In this document: positions 29,412 to 38,983 of the stretch, in pieces | Position numbering within the stretch: position 1 is the stretch's first letter | How the letters are laid out: each line of letters opens with the position of its first letter | Assembly: GCA_963977015.1 (NCBI GenBank) | Contig: CAXBMO010000016.1 | Coordinates: forward strand, 1-64,000 | DNA length: 64,000 nt | Source of the DNA: an uncultured bacterium | GTDB taxonomy: Bacteria > Verrucomicrobiota > Verrucomicrobiia > Verrucomicrobiales > DEV007 | Direction of reading: 5' to 3' | Notes under the pieces: model-generated | What the model saw: the letters and a program-made list of their open reading frames with translations, nothing else | Told to the model about the DNA's origin: nothing | The model's database searches: none | Translations under genes and position numbers: made by a program

Positions 29412-29514
29412 GGAGATGGGAGATCCCTCGCGCACGAAGGGAACGCCAAGCTTCGCATGCGGTTTTGTGCCGTGCAAGAATTCCGATCCCGGGTTCGTGT
29501 TCTTTGTTGGAAGC

Positions 29515-30921
29515 ATGCTCACCATCTCCGGCCCCCAAACCTCCAGCCGAGTTCGGCGCCGCAACTTCATTCAAGTTGGCGCGCTGGGCATTGGTAATTT
29601 TGCGTTGCCGGATCTCTTGCGGGCGGAGGCGGCCGGAAATCGCGGATCCTCCCAAAAAGCGGTCATTCACATTCACCTCGATGGCGGCCCGCCGCAGATG
29701 GACATGATCGATCCGAAGCCGGACGCTCCGAGCGAGATTCGCGGTGAGTTTGGTTCGATCTCCACGAAGCTCCCCGGGTTTCACGTCACCGAGCTGATGC
29801 CGAAGACCGCGCAGATCGCCGACAAGCTCGTTTTTCTGCGTTCGTTGGTGGGCGCCGCGAGTCGACATGATGCCTTTCAATGCCAAAGCGGGTTCGACAG
29901 CAAGAGCCTGGCCGGAATCGGCGGTCGACCCGCGATGGGATGCATCGTGAACAAGTTGCTGGGCTCGCCCGGAGATGCCGCGCCTGCCTTTGTCGACATC
30001 ATGCAGGGACGCGGACAAGTCCGGAACAGCACCCGGCCGGGATTTCTCGGGCCGGCGTTCAAACCGTTTCAGCCGGACATCTCGCAACTGTTCCAGCGGG
30101 AATTGGAACCGGGCATGAAAGGGGAATTGGCCCGCATTCAACGCCTTGCGCCACGCACCGAGCTGCGACTGAACGAGAACATCTCGCTGGGACGAATGGA
30201 CGATCGCCTGGGGTTGTTGCAGTTGCTCGATCAGGTGAAGCGAGAGGTGGACGGCAGCGGATCGATGGGCGCAATGGATCAATTCAATCAACAGGCGATG
30301 CGGATTTTGACGTCCGGCCGACTCGCCGAAGCGCTCGATCTCGAAAAGGAAGACCCACGCGTTCTCGCCAAATTCACGCCGCCGTGGAAGGACAATCCGG
30401 ATCGCTATTACGCGGCGGAAGGTCCGCACGCCGTACGCAAGATGCTGCTCGCCCGCCGTTTGGTCGAGGCCGGGGCACGCGTCGTCAGCGTTTCGCTCAG
30501 CGATTGGGATTCGCACCGCAACAACTTCCCCCGCATGCGCGATCTCGTTCCGGTGTTCGATTTCGCGTTTCACGCCTTGGTCACCGACCTCGAGGAACGC
30601 GGCATGTTGGACGACGTCACCGTCCTGGCCTGGGGCGAATTCGGAAGGACGCCCAAAATCAACAGCAACGGGGGTCGCGATCACTGGCCGCGCGTCGCCA
30701 TGGGGATGATGGCCGGCGGCGGAATGCAGGTTGGCCAGGTCATCGGAGCAACGGACCGGTCCGCAGCCGAGGCGACCGAACGCCCGGTTCACTACCAGGA
30801 CGTCATCGCCACGCTCTATCACAATCTCGGGATCGACTCGACCAAAACGACCGTGATCGATACCACCGGGCGACCTCAGTATCTCGTCGATATCGGCAAA
30901 CCGATTGCCGAGTTGGTTTAA
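29515..30921 (+). CDS. DUF1501 domain protein
   Basis: RRNFIQVG, LDGGPPQMDMIDPKPDAP, LLARRLVEAG, WDSH, WGEFGRTP, GRDHWP. Confidence 0.92.
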   Translation: MLTISGPQTSSRVRRRNFIQVGALGIGNFALPDLLRAEAAGNRGSSQKAVIHIHLDGGPPQMDMIDPKPDAPSEIRGEFGSISTKLPGFHVTELMPKTAQIADKLVFLRSLVGAASRHDAFQCQSGFDSKSLAGIGGRPAMGCIVNKLLGSPGDAAPAFVDIMQGRGQVRNSTRPGFLGPAFKPFQPDISQLFQRELEPGMKGELARIQRLAPRTELRLNENISLGRMDDRLGLLQLLDQVKREVDGSGSMGAMDQFNQQAMRILTSGRLAEALDLEKEDPRVLAKFTPPWKDNPDRYYAAEGPHAVRKMLLARRLVEAGARVVSVSLSDWDSHRNNFPRMRDLVPVFDFAFHALVTDLEERGMLDDVTVLAWGEFGRTPKINSNGGRDHWPRVAMGMMAGGGMQVGQVIGATDRSAAEATERPVHYQDVIATLYHNLGIDSTKTTVIDTTGRPQYLVDIGKPIAELV

Positions 30922-30927
30922 CGAACG

Positions 30928-32628
30928 CTACGACTTCGCCTTCGGAGAAACTGGAGAAACCGCCTCTTTGCCTTGCGGGCGGGTGGTTCGGGGCCGATCG
31001 ATTCTGGTCGCGCCTTCGGGCAGGTTGTCAGGATCAAAGGGAATCAGCTCGGCTTTCTCCAGCACCTTCAAACGCAGGTCCTTGATCTCAATGCGATGCG
31101 CATTGCCGCGATGAAGCTGGATCGCGAGCAGGCCTTCCAAGGCCCGGCCTTCCTCATGATGATCGATCAGCTCCGAAGTCGTCCGCCCGTTGACCTTGTG
31201 GATGAGATGATTGCCCCGCGCAATCACGGTGAATTCGTTCCATTGCGAGAGGTCTGCCGTGATCGGTTTGTGTTCTGACAGGAGCCAGCGAGCGCCTTCG
31301 TCATCCAGCATCACGTTCTTTCCATTCAGCCCAAAAATGCCCCGACCTTTCTCCTCATAGGTCATGCCGGTGTGTTCAATGGCCGGGTGGATATCGCATT
31401 GATAACCCGTGATGGCCCACGGCCCTTTGTCCGGCAACAAACGACTGCGATACTGAATCCCCGAGTTGTTGTCGCCAAGGATGCGGACGGTTGCCCGCAG
31501 CTCAAAGTCCTTCACCGTTCCCCCGCGCCAAATCAGGAACGTGTTGTGCTCGAACGCGTCCGGACCCTCACAAGTCCCAACGACGACGCCGTCTTCGACC
31601 TTCCAGAGCTTGGAATCGCCTTCCCAACCGCTCAGGTCCCTGCCGTTGAACAAGCTGGCAAAGTCGTCTCCGGGCGCCTTCAATTTCGCGATCAGATAGT
31701 CCGTGGTTGTTGTAAACGTGGTCTTCGGTGAACCCGGGTAGACCAGTTCGCAATCCACGCCCGTGGCAACGCAGTGTTCCTGAAGCTTCACCCCAAAGTT
31801 CGAGGTGTGGGTCGGATCCTTCTGCTCCTGACCGATCGCTGGTGGTCTCGAGTAGCTCAGAAAGACCGGTGGATCATCTTTCGAAACCAGGGCGTAGGGC
31901 GAGTATTCGGCAATCCACGGGAGGATGGATTCACGTCCGGCGAGAAAGCGCGCGAAATTGGGAAGCCCGAAAGCATGGGCGCCGTAGCGGCTGTTCGGCG
32001 TCCACTCTTTCATCTGTTGCGGATCGAGCGTGGTTTGAGCGCCAATCACGGCGGCGCACCACAGTCGAGTCGACTCCCGGGCGACCGGATCGTCGCTCCC
32101 GGGATCGGCAAGATCATCGTGAAATGCCAACCAAAGACTTGAACAGGCCCCGGCCGAACCACCCGCGGCGCCAACGCGCTCCTTGTCCAGATTCCACTCC
32201 GCGGCTTTGCTCCGAACAAACTGCAAGGCCCGGGCCGCATCGTGCAACGGCGCCTTCACCGGAGGCTTGATCCCGAACTCGCCCGCCTGACTCACATAGC
32301 GATAATTGATCGCAGCGACCGAAATGCCTGCCTCGAGCAACTGGGCGACATCCGCAAACTTGTTGGCGCGTTCCTTCGAGCCTCCCGTCCAACCGCCACC
32401 ATGAATGATGAAGGCAAGCGGGGTCGGTTCATCGGACTCCGCTTTCCAGAAATCGAGAATATGCCGTTCATGATCCCCGTAGGCGATTTCCGACAGGGTC
32501 GGTTTGGGGACGGTCGGAGCATACTTCCCCGGCGGCTTTGGAGCCTTGGTTGGTTTTTCGGAAGGCGCATTCTGCCCCATCAGTTGGGGAACCAGAAACG
32601 CGCTGAGCAATACAAGAATACGGATCAT
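30928..32628 (-). CDS. Alpha/beta-hydrolase (esterase) fused to DUF1080 domain
   Basis: IHGGGW, INYR, DAARALQF, GGSAG; then LFNGRDLSGW...NSGIQYR...GYQCDI...WNEF...LAIQLH. Confidence 0.9.
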   Translation of the reverse strand: MIRILVLLSAFLVPQLMGQNAPSEKPTKAPKPPGKYAPTVPKPTLSEIAYGDHERHILDFWKAESDEPTPLAFIIHGGGWTGGSKERANKFADVAQLLEAGISVAAINYRYVSQAGEFGIKPPVKAPLHDAARALQFVRSKAAEWNLDKERVGAAGGSAGACSSLWLAFHDDLADPGSDDPVARESTRLWCAAVIGAQTTLDPQQMKEWTPNSRYGAHAFGLPNFARFLAGRESILPWIAEYSPYALVSKDDPPVFLSYSRPPAIGQEQKDPTHTSNFGVKLQEHCVATGVDCELVYPGSPKTTFTTTTDYLIAKLKAPGDDFASLFNGRDLSGWEGDSKLWKVEDGVVVGTCEGPDAFEHNTFLIWRGGTVKDFELRATVRILGDNNSGIQYRSRLLPDKGPWAITGYQCDIHPAIEHTGMTYEEKGRGIFGLNGKNVMLDDEGARWLLSEHKPITADLSQWNEFTVIARGNHLIHKVNGRTTSELIDHHEEGRALEGLLAIQLHRGNAHRIEIKDLRLKVLEKAELIPFDPDNLPEGATRIDRPRTTRPQGKEAVSPVSPKAKS

Positions 32629-32677
32629 GAGATAGGAGGGGTTGTTGGTTAGGAAAGCGAAACAAGAAATCGGGGAT

Positions 32678-34426
32678 TCACAAACGCGGCTTTGCCGGTT
32701 TGACCGGCGCGGCCCAGGCTTGCGCTCCGGTCAAGCCAACCTTGCGTTTGAAAACCTTCGCGCCGCACGTGGCAAACAACGTGTTTTCCCGAAACGCCAG
32801 GTTCGAAGGATGACGCTCTCCCGCCGGTGGTGGCACAATCAGGTGGACCCGCCCCGGCATGTCGCAAATCTGAACCCCCATCGCGGTCGCCACGAGCAGC
32901 CAGCCATCCTGACTGACACACATTCCATCAGCCTGACTGCGAGTGTCGACCGATCCGGGTGGGATGTGCAGGTGATGGAAGGGCTGAAGGTAAGCCAGGG
33001 TTCCATCGGGACGACGTTGCCCGGACCAGACAAAGCGCCCCGAAAAATCCGCGGCAAAGACCAGCGACTGATCGGTGCTGAGAGCCACGCCGTTGACGCC
33101 GGAGTATCCCTCCCCGGCCACGCTCGCCTCACCGCCACCTGGCGGGATCATCCAAACCTTCCTGGTGCGAGGTTCCGAAAAATAGACCGTTCCATCTTGG
33201 GCGACGACAACGTCATTGGGGGTGACGTCCTTGGCCAAGACACGCATTTCACTCGTCTCGGTGTCCCAGGCCACCAGCGCGCCCGGCACCCGCTGACATC
33301 CATACAACGTCTTGCCGTCGGGACCGAAGGCAAGCCCGTTGGTTCCTCCGGTATTTTCCTGAAACAAGCTGACCTTCCCTTCGGGATCGACTTTCCAGAT
33401 CTTGCTCGCTTCGAGATCGGTAAAGTACAACTCACCAGCTGGACTCACCGCGGGACCTTCGGTAAACGTGTGTCCCTCGCTGACCAACTCCCAATCCTCG
33501 CCATCGACGAGGAACTTCGCGGCATCGCTCCTGGATTGATCGTAGTGAGTCTTCACCTCCGGCGCAGTATCCCAGTTCTGCCAAAGCCAACGCATCGCCT
33601 TGGGGAAAATGGCGTTCCCATGTTTTCGATTGTGCCCGCCTTCACCCCATTCATGGTTCACCTCGTATCCTGCCCATTGAAACGAAGCCAACATGTCCTG
33701 ATTGGCGACCCACCAACTGCCGCAATAGAGATTATTGTCGTTGCGACCATCCTGCAAAAACACGCGCAGCGGCTTGGGCTCCGTCTTGCGAACCAGCACG
33801 GGAAGCTCGTTGCCTCCGCGCAATCCCACATAGGTTCCGACCGTCGTGTAAACCCGCCGAAAGGCATCGGGACGCTGCCACGCCACATTGAACGCGGCGA
33901 TTCCTCCCGAACTGGAACCGCAAATCGCCCGCAAATTCGGATCGTCCGTCACCTTGAGACCATTCAACGCGACCGGCAGCAACTCCTCGAGCAGGAACCT
34001 CGCATAGCGATCATCCACCGCATCGTACTCGAACGAGCGGTTGTAGCGCGCCAGCACCTTGTCACCAGTTTCGGGAACGACTCCGGGATTGACAAAGACC
34101 CCAATCGTCACCGGCATTTCGCCCTTGTGAATGAGGTTGTCGAACGCGGTCGGCACGTTCTTGAGATAACCGCGACCGTCCTGGAACACCATCAACGCAG
34201 CCGGCTTCGCGCCATCGTACTGAGCCGGCGTGTAGACGAAGAACTCGCGCGTCGTTCCCGGAAAAATCCGACTGTCCGTGAACCGATGTTCCGTCACCGT
34301 GCCGGTCGGAACTCCATCCTGCTTCACGGAATCGGGATCGACCGGATACGGCCCTTCGGCGGGTTTCTGCTGGGCGGAAGCGAGCGATACCGACAACGCA
34401 AAAGCGAGGAACAGGGGTTTCATCAT
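32678..34426 (-). CDS. Esterase (enterochelin-esterase-like) fused to SMP-30/gluconolactonase domain
   Basis: LMVFQDG, GSSSGG, LRVFLQDG, EGGH; then FTEGP, TNGL, PND, NGVALS, DGMCV, PSNLAF. Confidence 0.88.
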   Translation of the reverse strand: MMKPLFLAFALSVSLASAQQKPAEGPYPVDPDSVKQDGVPTGTVTEHRFTDSRIFPGTTREFFVYTPAQYDGAKPAALMVFQDGRGYLKNVPTAFDNLIHKGEMPVTIGVFVNPGVVPETGDKVLARYNRSFEYDAVDDRYARFLLEELLPVALNGLKVTDDPNLRAICGSSSGGIAAFNVAWQRPDAFRRVYTTVGTYVGLRGGNELPVLVRKTEPKPLRVFLQDGRNDNNLYCGSWWVANQDMLASFQWAGYEVNHEWGEGGHNRKHGNAIFPKAMRWLWQNWDTAPEVKTHYDQSRSDAAKFLVDGEDWELVSEGHTFTEGPAVSPAGELYFTDLEASKIWKVDPEGKVSLFQENTGGTNGLAFGPDGKTLYGCQRVPGALVAWDTETSEMRVLAKDVTPNDVVVAQDGTVYFSEPRTRKVWMIPPGGGEASVAGEGYSGVNGVALSTDQSLVFAADFSGRFVWSGQRRPDGTLAYLQPFHHLHIPPGSVDTRSQADGMCVSQDGWLLVATAMGVQICDMPGRVHLIVPPPAGERHPSNLAFRENTLFATCGAKVFKRKVGLTGAQAWAAPVKPAKPRL

Positions 34427-34605
34427 GATGGGAAATGAGAGCGCAGAAATTCAAGGGGGGAAAGTTCCCATTTCCCACCGATGGACATCCCCTGGGTTCC
34501 CCAATCCATGATTGGAGCCGATCCTGAAACCGCCGCCTGCGATTCCGGTAATTGATGTGGACGGTTGACAGGACGCGTGGGGAGTGGATGCTCCCGCCCC
34601 TTTTT

Positions 34606-35769
34606 ATGAAACTCCTGCCCCTGAAAACCCTCCTTACCGCTGTTGCCATCATCGCAGTGCCGACTCTTTCGCATTCCCAGAATCCAACCATGCCCGAAGT
34701 ACCCAAAGACGTAGCCGCTGCACCGGCCGATGCCGCCAAGACCGACTCCGGTCTCGCCTCCAAAGTTCTCCAAGCCGGAACCGGCGACAAGAAGCCGGTT
34801 GCCGCCGATACCGTAACGGTTCACTACTCCGGTTGGACGACTGATGGTGAGATGTTCGACAGTTCGGTCAAGCGGGGTGAGCCCACCAGTTTTCCCTTGG
34901 GCCGCGTCATCGCGGGATGGACCGAAGGCCTGCAATTGATGGTCGTTGGAGAAAAGCGCCGCTTCTGGATTCCCGAAGATCTCGCCTACGGACCCAAGGT
35001 GGAAGGCAGCGGTCGCCCGGGCGGCATGCTCGTGTTCGACGTTGAATTGCTCGAAATCCAGGAAGCGCCAAAACCACCGGAAGGCACCGAGAAAACCAAG
35101 GGCGGCGTGGCTTACAAGGTGACGAAAAAGGGCGAAGGCAAATCTCCCAAGGCGGACCAAATCGTCACGTTTCATTTCACCGGCAAGACCATGGAAGGTC
35201 AGATGGTTCAGGACAGTCGCGCGGAAGGGCAACCACCCAGCGTGCCTCTCGACAAGCTTCCACCAGAGCTCAGCGAATTGTTTACGGAAATGGCTCAGGG
35301 CGAACAGCGCACCTGTTGGTTGCCGGAAGCCCGGATGCCCGGTGGATTCATCGTCGCCGAAATCGAGTTGGTCGCGTTCAAAGACGCCCCCGTTCCTCCG
35401 GACGTCCCGGAAGACGTCGCTGCGGCACCGGCGGATTCTGAAAAGACCGAAAGTGGCCTGGCCCACAAGATCCTCACCGCCGGCAAGGGCAAAGAGAAGC
35501 CAAAAGCCAGCGAAGTCGTGAAGGTGCACTACTCCGGATGGACTCCCGATGGCGAGATGTTCGACAGCTCCGTCGTTCGTGGCGAGCCGTCTCAATTCCC
35601 GCTTGATGGCGTGATCAAAGGCTGGACCGAAGGGCTGCAACTGATGGTCGTCGGCGAGAAGCGCCGTTTCTGGATTCCAGCCGACCTTGCCTACGGTGAG
35701 AATCCCGGTGGAGGACGCCCCGGCGGCATGCTGGTCTTTGACGTCGAGCTGCTCGAGATCGTCCAGTAG
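34606..35769 (+). CDS. FKBP-type peptidyl-prolyl isomerase with three FKBP domains
   Basis: Signal peptide; two complete domains (VHYSGW..DGEMFDSS...VI.GWTEGL...GEKRRFWIP..LAYG...LVFDVELL) around a degenerate middle one. Confidence 0.93.
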   Translation: MKLLPLKTLLTAVAIIAVPTLSHSQNPTMPEVPKDVAAAPADAAKTDSGLASKVLQAGTGDKKPVAADTVTVHYSGWTTDGEMFDSSVKRGEPTSFPLGRVIAGWTEGLQLMVVGEKRRFWIPEDLAYGPKVEGSGRPGGMLVFDVELLEIQEAPKPPEGTEKTKGGVAYKVTKKGEGKSPKADQIVTFHFTGKTMEGQMVQDSRAEGQPPSVPLDKLPPELSELFTEMAQGEQRTCWLPEARMPGGFIVAEIELVAFKDAPVPPDVPEDVAAAPADSEKTESGLAHKILTAGKGKEKPKASEVVKVHYSGWTPDGEMFDSSVVRGEPSQFPLDGVIKGWTEGLQLMVVGEKRRFWIPADLAYGENPGGGRPGGMLVFDVELLEIVQ

Positions 35770-35827
35770 AGCATTTCAAGTGGTACTGTCGCCAATGGAG
35801 CGAGGAGACTTGGTTTCCTGCAAGGTG

Positions 35828-36860
35828 TTGGACGCGCTGGTCTGAAAGGCCAGAACCTGCCAGCCCGGGGGTGCGCGAGCCCAAGTGAGCAACGCCCCGG
35901 GTCAAGACGCCCACAATCCCAAACGCTGAACGCGCGAGACAACCGCTCCCTCGGAGCCTCAACACGCACGTAGATTCGACTGGCAGTCGAATCCAAACAT
36001 CCCCCAAGCCCGCAATCGCGTTGACCCGATAGAAAGCCCAAGCATTCCCGCCCGGGATGACGCCCCCCTGCCCCGCAGCAAGACTACGGCAACGCCGTTG
36101 CGCACGAACAGCCCGCGGTTGCCAAGCGCAACGCAGGCTACTCTGGGAACTCGAGCCACCAATACATCCAACTCTGAAGGAGTCGCGAAAGCGTTAAGAA
36201 CCCCTTCCGGGATCATCCGCCAACCTGATAAAGTTTCCCGAGAGAGGGCTTCGCTTCCGGCAGGGCTGCCCAAAGCCTTCCGCAATCCCTACAGGATTGA
36301 ATCCGCTCTGGTCCCGGGAACCCCAGCGTAGCCTTCGGCAACACTGGGCTGTTCGTACGAAATCCCGTTGGGATTTACCCATCCGAACCGTCACCTGATT
36401 TGGACGGGACATTTGGACGCGCTGGCCTGAAAGGCCAAAACATGCCAGCCCGGGGTGCGCGAGCTCAAGCGAGCAACGCCCCGGGTCAAGTCGCCTACAA
36501 TCCCAAGCACTGAAAGCGCGAGACAACCGCTCCCCGGAAGCCAAAACACGCAAAGGTAGATTCGACTGGCAGTCGAATCCAACCATCCCCCAGCCCACAA
36601 TCGCGTTGACCCGATAGAAAGCCCAAGCGTTCCCGCCCGGGATGACACCTCCCCGCAGCAAGACTACGGCAACGCCGTTGCGCACGAAAAGCCCAGGGTT
36701 GCCAAGCGCAACGCAGGCTACCCTGGGAACTCGAGCCACCAGCCCGTCCAACTCTGAAGGAGTTGCGAAAGCGTTAGGACCCCATCCGCCAACCCGATGA
36801 AGCTTCCCGAGGGAGGCGGTCACTACCGGCAGGGCCGCCCGAAGCCTTCGGCAACACTGG
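35828..36860 (+). repeat. Tandem duplication (period 585 bp; second unit shortened) built from REP-like hairpin units
   Basis: TTGGACGCGCTGG at 35828 and 36413, followed by ~440 bp of colinear similarity. Contains GAAA-loop hairpins, CCCGGGG..CCCCGGG stems and a GATTCGACTGGCAGTCGAATC palindrome. Confidence 0.9.
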
Positions 36861-36936
36861 CAGGTTTTCGAAAAACTCCGCGCCGCCTCGAAGCCAGTTC
36901 ATTTGGGCAGGGCAATTTTGCTTCGCGTGGTTTCGG

Positions 36937-37031
36937 TTCCAGCCGACCTTGCCTACGGCGAGAATCCCGGTGAAGGACGCCCCGGCGGCATGCTGGTCCT
37001 TGACGTCGAGCTGCTCGAGATCGTTCGTTAG
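36937..37031 (+). pseudogene. Orphan duplicate of the FKBP gene 3' end
   Basis: 36937-37024 matches 35675-35762 at 85/88 nt and has an in-register TAG (EIVR* vs EIVQ*). Confidence 0.9.
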
Positions 37032-37050
37032 CAGACTCTTCTTCCGGGAG

Positions 37051-38850
37051 TTATTGAATTAGCAGACCCACCATCGCGGCGGCCGCGACAATGACAGCAA
37101 GCATGGCAAAATAGAGAATGCACGCGACTCCGATAAGCGCCGTGTAGCTTTTTCGATTTTGAGTTTGAAGAACCGGCGTTTCTCCTTTTCGAAGTTGCCA
37201 GTAGGGTTCGAGAACTTTGTCGAGATCGCAAGCTCCCCGACGGAACAGCCACTGGATCGGGTTGCGGTAGAAATTGGGTAAGGCGATCGCCTCATAATTT
37301 CCGTCTTCCTTACGACCGAAGGCAAGAAAGAGGGCGTCGTCAATCGTACGGGGAAGTTCACAGTCGAAGTGACTCTCCAAATGAATCCGGAAGTCGTCAT
37401 ACATCGATTGGTCTTGGCAGGTAGCCAACGAAATGAGAACGGTGCCAGGATCCTGAAGCTCAAAAACTCGAACGATCTCCCATTCCAAGCCTTCAGAATC
37501 TCCGGGTTGAATGATGACGTGGGCCGCATTTTGAATCAACTCACGGAGCGCGTCCTGCCAACCGTGATCCGGAAGGTAGAAGCGTTCGGCCCCGCCCGTC
37601 ATAATGCGTTCTCCGGGACGGCCACAGGTCACAAGTCGGCCAATCTTGCGCCACGTGAAGGCGAGTTGCTCCTCCGCCGTGTCCGTTGGTTGGGAAAAAG
37701 CCAGGCGAAGAATCCGGTTCGGGTTGAGATTGGAAATGATGGACCATAGACCGCCCTTGGGCGCCCGAACGCCAAGCAGAATGGCTCCAAACCCTTTGGG
37801 TTCAAAGGACGGCATCTGGTGATCGTCATCGAAAGAACGAAGGACCAACGTATATTGATCTTTCTCCAAATTTGTGGCCTCGACAATCTTCAGCCCAATC
37901 CGGTAACCGAAATACATCAGCAGCGAAGAAAATACAAACCCCAGGGTAATTCCATCTTCGAAGTCATCGCTGACGAGCGTGTACCCAAAGATCAAAAAGC
38001 TAACCGGAAGAGAGAGAATCCCAAGAGTTCGCAGGATGACTCCAATGGGACGATTGCGAAACGGCCGACGATGGGATTGATCTTTTTTCTCCTTGGTCAG
38101 GCCTTTGCGAAACACCTTGAACCGGCTCCAATGAACCGCATTTGATACGAAGATGGTGTAGTAGATCACGGCCCCCACCGCCACCAGTCCGATTGCGATA
38201 CCTCTCGTCAAACCAAGCACCGCGCTCGAACCCTGCGTCGAAATCAAGACCTGGCTACCGATCAAAGCCACGACCGAGATCCAGAACCAGATCGCCAGCC
38301 ATCGTGGACCATGATTGAGGGGGAGCGGCTCCATCGTCTCCGTGACGACTCCTTCACTGGTCACACGGCGGAGCGCCGACAAAAAGGTGTTCTTGCCAGT
38401 TGGTGCAAGCAATGCGGAGTGAGTCTCTCCACCCTTGGTTTCGACTACCAACGGGTAGCCGGCAGACTTATTGGTGGTATTGGGTGGCCGAATCCATGAA
38501 TAAGGCCCGACTTGGGCGGAGCTGATTTCATCGTAGGAAATCAACGTCTTTTCACCAATGCTCTTGATTGAATTCAACGTTTGACGAACCTCGTCTGCGT
38601 CTGACAAATCACAGTCTTCCAGCTTCCACTCCGCCTTTCGAAAGCGGAAAATCAGAATTCCATCGGGAAAGAGGGCTACGATCTGTTGAACGGCCGAAAA
38701 CCGGAGCAGTGAAAAGCCGATCGCGCGATGTCGAATCATTGGCACCCATCGATGCCACGGAATGGGCTCACTTCGCTTCCGTAATCTTGGTTCCGCGCTA
38801 GGCGGCGATTCATCGCCCACTGCCTGGCCACCATCCAAGTCCTGCTTCAT
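37051..38850 (-). CDS. Multi-pass membrane protein with putative TIR/nucleoside-deoxyribosyltransferase-like domain
   Basis: Four central TM helices plus a C-terminal TM; soluble domain VLRSFDDD...EEQLA...GRPGE...GAERFY...WQ...AAHVIIQPGDSEGLEWEI. The fold assignment is inference. Confidence 0.7.
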   Translation of the reverse strand: MKQDLDGGQAVGDESPPSAEPRLRKRSEPIPWHRWVPMIRHRAIGFSLLRFSAVQQIVALFPDGILIFRFRKAEWKLEDCDLSDADEVRQTLNSIKSIGEKTLISYDEISSAQVGPYSWIRPPNTTNKSAGYPLVVETKGGETHSALLAPTGKNTFLSALRRVTSEGVVTETMEPLPLNHGPRWLAIWFWISVVALIGSQVLISTQGSSAVLGLTRGIAIGLVAVGAVIYYTIFVSNAVHWSRFKVFRKGLTKEKKDQSHRRPFRNRPIGVILRTLGILSLPVSFLIFGYTLVSDDFEDGITLGFVFSSLLMYFGYRIGLKIVEATNLEKDQYTLVLRSFDDDHQMPSFEPKGFGAILLGVRAPKGGLWSIISNLNPNRILRLAFSQPTDTAEEQLAFTWRKIGRLVTCGRPGERIMTGGAERFYLPDHGWQDALRELIQNAAHVIIQPGDSEGLEWEIVRVFELQDPGTVLISLATCQDQSMYDDFRIHLESHFDCELPRTIDDALFLAFGRKEDGNYEAIALPNFYRNPIQWLFRRGACDLDKVLEPYWQLRKGETPVLQTQNRKSYTALIGVACILYFAMLAVIVAAAAMVGLLIQ

Positions 38851-38983
38851 GGAATGAGAAGTATCTGACTTTGCTCCCTTTGTGAAGTCCAAAACTGACT
38901 TCACAATTGAATTCCCCGACTCCCCCTGTCTTCTCCGGAAAACTTTTCTGGCGTTTTCAGTCCCCCACGGAAATCTTGGTGTC

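Noticed and set aside
29221-34438. Long antisense ORFs (e.g. 533 aa, 598 aa) opposite annotated genes
   Set aside because: Typical shadow ORFs of GC-rich coding DNA; no motifs.
35615-36823. Short ORFs across the repeat region
   Set aside because: They are translations of palindromic repeats with no protein-like motifs.
35828-36860. CRISPR array
   Set aside because: Long colinear duplication with no short constant repeats or unique spacers, and no cas genes.
35675-37031. FKBP 3' duplicate as a diversity-generating retroelement TR/VR pair
   Set aside because: The three mismatches are not adenine-specific on one strand, and no intact RT or Avd is nearby.
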